A stretch of 64,000 bases of DNA, taken from assembly GCA_021805985.1 (NCBI GenBank), contig JAJZDN010000006.1, positions 5,786-69,785 of the forward strand, written 5' to 3'. Under the pieces are notes generated by a model. That model saw only the letters and a list, made by a program, of their open reading frames with translations. It ran no database searches and was not told where the DNA came from. The stretch is from Planctomycetota bacterium. Its GTDB lineage: Bacteria; Planctomycetota; Phycisphaerae; WQYP01. Made by a program: the position numbers and the translations under genes. Shown here one piece after another: positions 20,068 through 28,554 of this stretch; within the stretch, counting starts at the first letter, position 1; each line of letters starts with the position of its first letter.

Positions 20068-23009
20068 TCCAGCGTTTTACGCCATGCTTGCCGGAAATGC
20101 TCAACCGGTGCGTTGATGATTGTTTTGCCATTGATGGATTGCACCAGCAGGTCCGGTTTCTGCGTCACCCGGCCCAGAATACCAAAGGCCAGTGTTCGTA
20201 ACCGCCGCAACACGTCATCAAGATGTTCGGGTTTAACCTCCAGCACGTAGCGCGTGGGAGATTCGGAAAATAAGAGAATATCATCGCGATCCACTTCCGG
20301 ATCATGCGGAACGCCGGTCAGATCAATCTCGGCACCTAATCGGCCGGCAAAAAGCATCTCCGCCAAAGCCACGGCCAATCCTCCTTCCGACGGATCATGC
20401 GCACTGGCAACCAGTCCCTCAGAGATTAATTTGGCAACTCGTTGATGCACCCCGGGTGCGGTCGCCAGATCCACCGCCGGAATGCTGCGGCCGTTCTGCT
20501 GATGCAGCGCGTAATACCATGATCCCCCCATGTGCCGATGGGTCTGACCTACCAGCAGTAAATAATTTCCTGCCGCCTTGGCATCCATGGTTATGCAGCG
20601 CGAAACGTCAGGCACAATGCTGATGGCGCTGATCAGCAAGGTGTAAGGGATGCAAATACGTTTGCCTTCATCGGTGATAAATTCATTGGACAGAGAATCT
20701 TTGCCGGAAATAAAGGGCGTGCCGAACGCCATCGCCCCGTCATAACACGCCTGACACGCCCGCACCAGAGCACCTAAGTGCATGCGGTCGGAACATTTCG
20801 GCCAGCAGAAATTATCCAGTAATGCTGTGGTTTCCGGATCGCCGCCAACGCAGACAATATTGCGGATCGCTTCATCCATGCCGCTTAAGGTCATCTGATA
20901 CGGATCCAGATCACCGAGTCGTGGTTGACACCCATTGGCCAAGGCCACACCACGGTTGCTTTCGGGAACGGGAGCCAGCACCGCCGCATCTCCGGGGCCG
21001 TCCCCACCGGGGCCGATCAGCGGTTTAATGATGGTTGATCCCTGCACTTCATGATCGTATTGCCGGATAATCCAGTGTTTGCTGGCCAGTGTAGGCATGG
21101 CCAGGAGTTGGCATAATGTTTGGGCATAATCTGCAGGCTCCGCTACGGTGGCCTTGGGCAACACCGGCTCCTGCCATACTGCCTGGCGAATCGGGCAGGG
21201 CAGGCCGTCATGGATAAATTCCATGTCCATGGAGCCGACACTTTGCCCCTGATACCGCAGCGTCAGTTTGCCTGATCCATCAAATACGCCAATGTCCGTG
21301 GCTTCCACATCCTCCGCGGCTGCCAATTCCAGAAGCCGGGCAACATTTTCCGGCGCGACGGATACGACAATTCTTTCCTGAGCCTCGCTGATCCAGATTT
21401 CCGCATAGTTCAAACCGGCGTATTTCAGCGGCACTTTGTCCAATTCCACCGTGGCACCGGTATGGGATCCCATCTCCCCGATGGCACTGGATAACCCGCC
21501 GGCACCGCAGTCGGTAATGGCGTTATACAGCGGCCCGCAATCCCGCGCCTGGAGAATCACATCCATCATCTTTTTTTCAGTAATGGCATTGCCGATCTGT
21601 ACGGCGTGGCTGAATTCATCGCCATGTTTGTCGGTTATTACGTCGCTGGAAAATGTGGCGCCATGGATGCCGTCACGCCCGGTGCGGCCGCCGATGAGAA
21701 TAATCCGATCCCCTGCCTGGGCGTCCCTTTTTTCCGCCAGATGCCGCGGCAATAATCCCACCGACCCGCAGAACACCAGTGGATTGCCGATGTACCGCTG
21801 ATCAAAATAAACCGCGCCATTAACCGTCGGTATGCCCATGCGGTTGCCGTAATCCCGTACCCCGGCTACCACTCTTTGAGCGATGCGCCGCGGGTGCAGA
21901 ACGCCCACCGGCACCTGTTGCGCCGGCGTGGAGGGATCCGCAAAGCAAAATATATCGGTGCTGGCAATCGGTTTGGCTCCGCCGCCGGTGGCAATGACAT
22001 CGCGTATGCACCCGCCGATGCCGGTAGCGGCCCCGCCGTAGGGTTCAATAGCGGACGGGCGGTTGTGCGTTTCGACTTTCATGCACAAAGCCCATTTGTC
22101 ATCCAGCGCAATAACCCCGGCATTGTCCTTAAATACGCTTAACGTCCAGGGCTTATTAAGTTCCTTGGTAGCCCGGAAAATCGTGGACTTCACGAGATTA
22201 TCAATGGTCTGCATCTGATCGCCGGCGGTGTGATGTTCATGGACATCATCTTCATTTAACCCTGCAGGGTGATGAGAAAAATGGATTTTGGCTTTCAGGG
22301 TTTTATGAACGCAATGTTCGCTCCAGGTTTGCGCCAGCGTTTCAAGCTCCGCATCGGTTGGTTCGCGGTCCAGATGGCGGAAGTGTTCCTGAATGGCTTT
22401 CATTTCCGCCAGGTCCAGAAACAGATGGCCACGTCTGGACAACTGCTGAAGCTGGTCATCGGTCAGGTGGCGAATAGGCACTTCCAGCCGCTTGAATTCA
22501 TAGGCCTTGCCGCGCGGAAATTCGCTGGGCGTAAAAGCCGTTTCGTGAACTTGCTCTATGGAATCATTGGCCAGAAGTCGCCGGGCGATTTGGCTGGAAG
22601 TTTCCGCCGTCAGATGGCCCGAAAGCACATACCGCCGCCCTGTGCGCACCTGAATGGCCGATGGTTGCCGAGGCAGATTCAGCAAATCCGCGATGGCCAT
22701 TTCCGTGCTGCCGGCGACCGGATCCATGACTCCGGGCTTCAAGTGTACTTCCACCAGCCGACCCGCGCCGACGGTTTCATGCCCCACCACGACGCGCTCA
22801 GTCACCGGGTCGGCTAATAATTCTGTGGCTATTTTATGGACTTGCGAATGCAGCAGAATATCCGCTGCACCCTGCAGCAAAAATACGCGCGCCGTTTGTA
22901 CACCATGGACCTCAGCAATACCGAGTTGCTGAATTTCATGGAGGACCGCAGCGCCCGCTGGATCGTCGGCGGAATTTTGAGGATGAATTTCAACGCGATA
23001 AACAGCCAT
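20061..23009 (-). CDS. purL: phosphoribosylformylglycinamidine synthase subunit PurL with two fused N-terminal PurS-like domains
   Basis: PurM-like duplicated AIRS domains and the ATP-binding Gly-rich region. N-terminal MAVYRVEIHPQNSADDPAGAAVLHEIQQLGIAEVHGVQTARVF and a second copy (RLVEVHLKPGVMDPVAGS...) match the PurS pattern. Start trimmed to MAVYR with AGGAG RBS. Confidence 0.85.
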   Translation of the reverse strand: MAVYRVEIHPQNSADDPAGAAVLHEIQQLGIAEVHGVQTARVFLLQGAADILLHSQVHKIATELLADPVTERVVVGHETVGAGRLVEVHLKPGVMDPVAGSTEMAIADLLNLPRQPSAIQVRTGRRYVLSGHLTAETSSQIARRLLANDSIEQVHETAFTPSEFPRGKAYEFKRLEVPIRHLTDDQLQQLSRRGHLFLDLAEMKAIQEHFRHLDREPTDAELETLAQTWSEHCVHKTLKAKIHFSHHPAGLNEDDVHEHHTAGDQMQTIDNLVKSTIFRATKELNKPWTLSVFKDNAGVIALDDKWALCMKVETHNRPSAIEPYGGAATGIGGCIRDVIATGGGAKPIASTDIFCFADPSTPAQQVPVGVLHPRRIAQRVVAGVRDYGNRMGIPTVNGAVYFDQRYIGNPLVFCGSVGLLPRHLAEKRDAQAGDRIILIGGRTGRDGIHGATFSSDVITDKHGDEFSHAVQIGNAITEKKMMDVILQARDCGPLYNAITDCGAGGLSSAIGEMGSHTGATVELDKVPLKYAGLNYAEIWISEAQERIVVSVAPENVARLLELAAAEDVEATDIGVFDGSGKLTLRYQGQSVGSMDMEFIHDGLPCPIRQAVWQEPVLPKATVAEPADYAQTLCQLLAMPTLASKHWIIRQYDHEVQGSTIIKPLIGPGGDGPGDAAVLAPVPESNRGVALANGCQPRLGDLDPYQMTLSGMDEAIRNIVCVGGDPETTALLDNFCWPKCSDRMHLGALVRACQACYDGAMAFGTPFISGKDSLSNEFITDEGKRICIPYTLLISAISIVPDVSRCITMDAKAAGNYLLLVGQTHRHMGGSWYYALHQQNGRSIPAVDLATAPGVHQRVAKLISEGLVASAHDPSEGGLAVALAEMLFAGRLGAEIDLTGVPHDPEVDRDDILLFSESPTRYVLEVKPEHLDDVLRRLRTLAFGILGRVTQKPDLLVQSINGKTIINAPVEHFRQAWRKTLDW

Positions 23010-23697
23010 AACGCTCCTGCAAGCGGTCACTTCCCGGCACCCGTCTGCCTTTGGGAAATACCTTGTGATATTATGCGCGAATCCCGGCATTTTCGCATCC
23101 CAGCCGAAGCGCTTGTCGAAACGCAGCCGGTCAGGACGCAAACCGGCCGGCATTGAGGCTTAGCTGATGTGGAAACGCCTTGGCTAAAGTTGACCAATAT
23201 AGAATACGCAGGCAAGATAAAAACGCGTACCCCAAATCGAAAAATAAATTCCCGTCTGCGTTCCCAAAGCGGCTTATCCCACGGGGAGAATTCCATCTTG
23301 CAGCAAAGATCGACACGCGGTTGACAGCAAGCGGCTTGGGAAGACACAATATCCCCGTTGGGTTCTACGGAAGCGTTCAAACAATCTCGGTGAATTTTGA
23401 ATGCGCCCCTTTGAGTTTGGATAGTTTCCGTTCCCTCGCTGTCCACATTTTGGCGCCTGCTTAAAACACTCAAGCGGAGCTTAGCCAGCCAGTCGGCCGC
23501 CTCGGCATTCTGACTGGTGCTCGGCCTGTCTCGGCAACTACTCTATGATCGGCAAGCCAGTGGAATTGTATTTTGAGGATCACTTTTACTGTTACCATAC
23601 ATCAGGTGTGGCAAATGATTTTTCAGTGGGTACACTTCGGTAGTACCGTGCCCGCGGTTCACCGGTACCGGGACGGGCTTACGGCACGATTCGCAGC

Positions 23698-24366
23698 ATG
23701 GTTGTAAGGGTTGGCAACGTGGATATTGCGACTAACTTTAAATTAAAAATGCCCGCTGATATAGCGGCGTTGCAGTTGCTGGAATGTTATAGTGTGCCAA
23801 TCGACCAGCATATACTCCTTACGTTGTTATTCGGCATGCCAGCAGAGGAACAGGTGCGCGCTGACACCATGCGTAGTCTGGTTTGGCTGATCGGGCCAAA
23901 TGGGGAATCTGAAATCTGGCGACCCGGTAAAGATTATTCGGGCAGCAGCATCTGGTTTGCAGAGCCTGATACCGGGATTCTGCTGGGCAATGATTTTCAT
24001 AAACCTGATGCGGTATACGCGTGCAAACTTGACGGCACCCATATCGCGTCATTCAGGCTGCCGTTGTTATGGGGTAATCCCATTCAACCGTGGCGCTTCA
24101 AGGCAACGCAGAAGGGTATTGAATATGTGGATGCCCAAGGCGAATTGCAGCACACCGCCGACCTCGCAGAACTAATTCTCCGTGCCGAAGGTGCCGGCGA
24201 TGCAACGACCTCCCGTCTGGCCGCGGACTGGCGGCCCCGGACGTTGCTTTTGCCGACAAATATGCCGGGCGGAAACGGGATTCTGTTCCGCGTGAGTCGC
24301 AATGGCGATCACCTGCGACTGGATTGCATTCGGGCAATGCATAATCTCCAACCTGACTTCCTTTAA
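23698..24366 (+). CDS. hypothetical protein; its 3' ~130 bp is duplicated (diverged) at 28213-28345
   Basis: 222-aa ORF with no recognisable family. The C-terminal 43 codons have a diverged second copy 3.8 kb downstream. Confidence 0.5.
   Translation: MVVRVGNVDIATNFKLKMPADIAALQLLECYSVPIDQHILLTLLFGMPAEEQVRADTMRSLVWLIGPNGESEIWRPGKDYSGSSIWFAEPDTGILLGNDFHKPDAVYACKLDGTHIASFRLPLLWGNPIQPWRFKATQKGIEYVDAQGELQHTADLAELILRAEGAGDATTSRLAADWRPRTLLLPTNMPGGNGILFRVSRNGDHLRLDCIRAMHNLQPDFL
24215..24345 (+). repeat. left copy of an imperfect direct repeat flanking the R-M cassette
   Basis: ccgtctggccgcggactggcggccccggacgttgcttttgccgacaaat... aligns to 28213.. (about 85% identity over the first ~55 nt, weaker after; protein RLAADWRPRTLLLPTNMPGGNGILF vs RLAEDWRPRTLLLPTNAPGAEGILF). 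Confidence 0.7.
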
Positions 24367-24500
24367 GGACCTGCCCCGGGTACCGTCGCTGCCTACTGGG
24401 CACATGGATCCCGTTTACCGATATTGCCAAGGCCCTGAAAACCATTTACGCAATCGACGTTTTACGGCTATAATTCAATTCGCTTTCAAGAGGAGTCGTA

Positions 24501-25493
24501 ATGACGTTGGCTGCACCGAAACAGGTAGAAATGGGTAAGCAAAGAGCTTCGGCCGACGGGCCTCTCCAGCGGGAAAATGTGGCCAACGCCTTGTTTGAGG
24601 GCGATTGCCTGTCATTACTGGAACGTTTCCCATCGCATTGCGTTGATTTGATCCTATGTGATTTGCCCTATGGCACAACACAGAATCCGTGGGATAGCCC
24701 TATTAGTCTCACGGATCTATGGGCGGCGTATCGACGGATTCTCAAGCCCTCCGGCACGGTTGTACTAACGGCACAAGGCCTGTTCACCGCGCGTCTGATG
24801 GTCTCAAACGAAAAGTGGTTCCGTTACAAACTGGTTTGGGAAAAATCGAAGCCGACAAATTTCCTCAACGCCAGACGCCAGCCTTTGCGAAAACATGAAG
24901 ATATATGTGTTTTCTCACCCAGGCAGGCGGCCTATTTTCCTCAGATGGGGTTGGGCGTCCCGTATGACAAAGGCGTGCGAAAGAATCAGCTCTCCGGCTC
25001 ATACGGAGATTTTCTCCCCGCGCGCGTCCGCAGCGAAGGGCAGAGATTTCCCACGGACGTAATTTACTTCAAGACCGCTGAAAGTGAGGGGCAGGTTTGG
25101 CATCCCACGCAAAAGCCCGTGGCGCTGGGACAGTATCTGGTCCGCACGTACTCGCGACCGGGAGAACTCGTGCTGGATAACGCGTTCGGCAGCGGGAGCT
25201 TTCTTGTCGCCGCCCTGTTGGACGGGCGGCGATTCTGCGGCATTGAGCAGAACGATGAGGCGCAGCTTTTTAAGAAAGCCCACATCGACTACATCACGCT
25301 GGCTGCGCAGCGCCTTGGCCAGGCGTGGAGTTGCCTAAGCGAGGCGGTTCAACTGGAAATCAGCGCGATTCAGATATACCGCAAGGGTGAAAGTCCGTGC
25401 ACGGAGAAGTTCAGTGGCCAGAGCAAAGATTACCTTAAACGAGCGATCGTGGGCGATCGAATTAATCACCGCGATCAACTCCTATTCGGCTAA
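24501..25493 (+). CDS. DNA methyltransferase, beta class (N6-adenine or N4-cytosine)
   Basis: Motif IV LILCDLPYG (DPPY-type) precedes motif I AFGSGSF. HPTQKP motif. RBS AGGAG before ATG. Confidence 0.85.
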   Translation: MTLAAPKQVEMGKQRASADGPLQRENVANALFEGDCLSLLERFPSHCVDLILCDLPYGTTQNPWDSPISLTDLWAAYRRILKPSGTVVLTAQGLFTARLMVSNEKWFRYKLVWEKSKPTNFLNARRQPLRKHEDICVFSPRQAAYFPQMGLGVPYDKGVRKNQLSGSYGDFLPARVRSEGQRFPTDVIYFKTAESEGQVWHPTQKPVALGQYLVRTYSRPGELVLDNAFGSGSFLVAALLDGRRFCGIEQNDEAQLFKKAHIDYITLAAQRLGQAWSCLSEAVQLEISAIQIYRKGESPCTEKFSGQSKDYLKRAIVGDRINHRDQLLFG

Positions 25494-28161
25494 CCATCAA
25501 CGTGCCATCTGCCGCGCCGGGGGTGAATATACACTGACAGGAGGGGAAACTTCCCTCTTTCCAGACGTTCTTCTTTTCGGTGATCAGCAGTATGGGCTGG
25601 TGTTACAGGGCTGGGAACTAAAAATGCCCGACACCCCGATTACTGATATTCAACTGATTGAAAATGCGGAGAAAAAAGCACGACAATTGGGCCTGAAAAG
25701 TTTTGTTTTATGGAACGTCCGACAAGCCGTCCTCTATAGCCGCAGTGACGCCGGTACATTTTCCCCTCAACGCAGTTGGGGACCTATCGACATCCAAACA
25801 CGCGAGGCGGTAGCGGCGGCCACACAGAAATGGCTGGGCTTATTACACCAGATACTCGACGATCTAAATGATATCTTTGAACAGCGACCGGAAACCGCCA
25901 CTGCCGTGCCAGAGGTACTAGACTGCCTGTTTGCCGACCTGATCGCTCGCCACAGCCCGTCGTATGCCGCCGCGCTTACAACGGCACGAAGGAGGCAATC
26001 TGCGTTTCGCGCCCAGATCGACCAATGGTGGATGGAAAGCAGCCACGATCATCCCGGATTAAGCGCGCCACAGGCCTTAGCTGAGGCAAACATTCTTAAC
26101 TGGCTCAACAAACTGATTTTTGCACATTGCTTAAAAAGGTTCCGCAGAGAGGCGTTTGCGGTGGACGACATTGTGCAGGGCACGACGGTGGCTCAAACGC
26201 AACAGGCTCTCATAAAAATTAGCAAAGCGTGCAATTTCATGGCCGTGTTTCAGAATATGGTTGGGCAAGAGCATGTTGACCAGGCAACATGGCAATCTTT
26301 GCTGGCCGCCAACGCTCTGCTAATCGGCACCCGGCTTGATAAGGTGCCCCCATCGCTTTTGGCACAAACGCTGGAAGGAACCGTCGAGCGCTGCCGGCGG
26401 AAGGCGTTCGGGCAATTTCTGACACCGGTTCCGTTGGCGGATTTTCTTGTGCGCGTTGCCGTCGACAACATCGAGGGAACCATCCTGGACCCGTGCTGCG
26501 GTGCCGGGACCATCGCCCGGACCGCGTATCAATGGAAAAAAAGCGAAAACATCGCTCCCAGCATCGCCCTGGGGCAGATCTGGGCTGGTGATAAATTTAC
26601 ATTTCCGCTTCAACTTGCCACAATGGCCCTTGCCGACCCGGAGGCTATTGGGACACCCTTGAACATATTTTGTCACGATGCACTTATTCTTGCCGCAGGC
26701 CAAAATATCCCCCTCACAGACCCCAAAACCGGTCAATGTTTCAACGCACTTTTACCTCCCGCTGACTGCATCGTTTCGAATCTGCCCTTTGTGCGTTTCG
26801 AGACACTTGGAAGACAACGGGGCATAAGCCGCAGCGCAGCACCGGGGCCGAGGATTCCCGTACTCGATTCCAAAAGCGATTTATTTGCACACCTTCTCAT
26901 GAATTTCCCGCGATTGCTGCGCGCAGGCTCGCGCGTTGGTGTGATTGTTGCAAATTCGTGGCTCGGAACAGGTTGGGGCCGACAGTTTCGGCAACAATTG
27001 GGAAAGCATTTTCATGTGCGCGCCGTTATCACCTCGGCAAACGGACGCTGGTTTGGTAAGGCCGCCGTTGTTACAAACATCCTGTTGCTGGAACTGCGGG
27101 ACAAACATGCCCCGGAAAACGCCCATGAAGGCACCAACTTTATTACGACTTTGGAACCTCTCGATCAGTGGAACAAAGCCGGCGGCGGGATAGCAGAACT
27201 GGCCGGGCAGGCAACCTATGCGACTGGGGCGAAATCGAACACCCGTTTGCACGTGAGTAGTCTCACAACGCGGAAAATCGTGGAAATGGAGAATTTGGGG
27301 TTGCAATGGACCGCGTTCTTTGCAAACTTGGATTTCATGGAAGCGGTCCGGTCTTCGCTTGTGCCAGCCAATAGCCTGTTCAGCATCAACCGGGGCGAAC
27401 GGCGGGGATGGGACAAATTCTTCTATCCACAATCGGAATCAGGGATAGAACCAAAATTCCTCAAACCGGTTGTGATGAATTCGAAACGGCTTTCCGGACT
27501 TATCGCCCAGCCGGATGCCCAGGCCTTCTGCTGCTCCTTAACGCCTGAGGACTTAACCGGGAAAGGCTGCCGGGGCGCACTGGCTTGGATCAACAGGTAC
27601 AAATTGCAGACAAATGGCACGGGAAAACCACTGCCGCAGGTGTTGCGCCGCCCGGGATGCCAATGGTACGAAATGAAAGCATCTACACTTGCGGATTTTG
27701 CAATCCCCATTAACCCCGACGCTCGGCTTTGCGTGTTCCGGCTAAAAGACCAGATATTTGTCAATCAGCGATTCATCCGGCTTACGCTCCGCAAGTCTCC
27801 ACGTATTGACGCGGAACTCGTACATGCGCTCTTGAATTCCACCTTGGGAATGTTCCTGATCGAAGCTGCCGGGTTCGGCCGCGGTTTAGGAGTCTTAGAC
27901 CTTAACGCAACCAAGTTATCGAAAACCTTTCATATTCTGAATCCCGATAGACCCGATGCAACGGCTGCCGCCAGAATAAAAGCATATTTCCGCCCGTTGC
28001 TTGCGCGCCCTATAAAAGAATTACCGAAAGAGATTGCCTGCCCGGACCGGCTGGATTTTGATAGCTGTATAGCTGAGGTTTATGGATTTGTGGGGCTGGA
28101 ACAAGGCATCCGAGATGCCGTGGAGTTTCTTTATAAAACCCGTAAATCCGCAAAGGATTAA
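25387..28161 (+). CDS. Type IIG/IIL restriction-modification fusion enzyme (N-terminal PD-(D/E)xK nuclease plus gamma-class N6-adenine MTase plus C-terminal specificity region)
   Basis: N-terminus FPDVLLF...GWELKMPD (PD...ExK). MTase motif I DPCCGAGT and motif IV NLPF (NPPY/F type). 924 aa, MmeI/Eco57I-like size. Non-ATG (GTG) start overlaps the upstream MTase gene by ~107 nt. Confidence 0.75.
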   Translation: MKVRARRSSVARAKITLNERSWAIELITAINSYSANHQRAICRAGGEYTLTGGETSLFPDVLLFGDQQYGLVLQGWELKMPDTPITDIQLIENAEKKARQLGLKSFVLWNVRQAVLYSRSDAGTFSPQRSWGPIDIQTREAVAAATQKWLGLLHQILDDLNDIFEQRPETATAVPEVLDCLFADLIARHSPSYAAALTTARRRQSAFRAQIDQWWMESSHDHPGLSAPQALAEANILNWLNKLIFAHCLKRFRREAFAVDDIVQGTTVAQTQQALIKISKACNFMAVFQNMVGQEHVDQATWQSLLAANALLIGTRLDKVPPSLLAQTLEGTVERCRRKAFGQFLTPVPLADFLVRVAVDNIEGTILDPCCGAGTIARTAYQWKKSENIAPSIALGQIWAGDKFTFPLQLATMALADPEAIGTPLNIFCHDALILAAGQNIPLTDPKTGQCFNALLPPADCIVSNLPFVRFETLGRQRGISRSAAPGPRIPVLDSKSDLFAHLLMNFPRLLRAGSRVGVIVANSWLGTGWGRQFRQQLGKHFHVRAVITSANGRWFGKAAVVTNILLLELRDKHAPENAHEGTNFITTLEPLDQWNKAGGGIAELAGQATYATGAKSNTRLHVSSLTTRKIVEMENLGLQWTAFFANLDFMEAVRSSLVPANSLFSINRGERRGWDKFFYPQSESGIEPKFLKPVVMNSKRLSGLIAQPDAQAFCCSLTPEDLTGKGCRGALAWINRYKLQTNGTGKPLPQVLRRPGCQWYEMKASTLADFAIPINPDARLCVFRLKDQIFVNQRFIRLTLRKSPRIDAELVHALLNSTLGMFLIEAAGFGRGLGVLDLNATKLSKTFHILNPDRPDATAAARIKAYFRPLLARPIKELPKEIACPDRLDFDSCIAEVYGFVGLEQGIRDAVEFLYKTRKSAKD

Positions 28162-28212
28162 TCGACCATCATCCGGCCCCCCGATAGCGTCTGCTTAAGG
28201 AAATACAGAAGT

Positions 28213-28345
28213 GGCCGTCTGGCCGAGGATTGGCGTCCCCGGACATTGCTTTTGCCGACAAATGCCCCCGGTGCCGAGGGAATTTTGTTTCACTTGAACC
28301 GCGAAGGTGATCACGTGCAGCTGGATTGTCTCCGATCAACGCGCT
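28213..28345 (+). repeat. right copy (diverged gene-3'-end remnant) of the direct repeat flanking the R-M cassette
   Basis: Encodes RLAEDWRPRTLLLPTNAPGAEGILFHLNREGDHVQLDCLRSTR*, homologous to the C-terminus of the 23698..24366 protein. Lies immediately 3' of the R-M gene stop. Confidence 0.7.
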
Positions 28346-28554
28346 GATCTCAATGACCCAGTTTCGGAGACCGCGTCCCGGGTCGAGGCGTTGCCCGGGA
28401 ACGGCTTCTGATCCGGTTGTCAGGCGGATCACGCAGGTAGTTGTGAACTGACGGGAGGCTATCGTTATAGATTGGTATTGCCGTTTTCGGCGGCCTGCGT
28501 ATACTTAATGCACAATAAACAAATGGTTCCACGTATTTTTAGGAAGGAGATTCG

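Noticed and set aside
23010-23200. Possible ZTP (pfl) riboswitch in the purL leader
   Set aside because: Reverse-complementing the leader gives fragments like gaccggctg and ggctgggatgcg but not the ordered conserved ACUGGC ... CCGACCGCCUGGGC pseudoknot elements. I cannot support a riboswitch call by eye.
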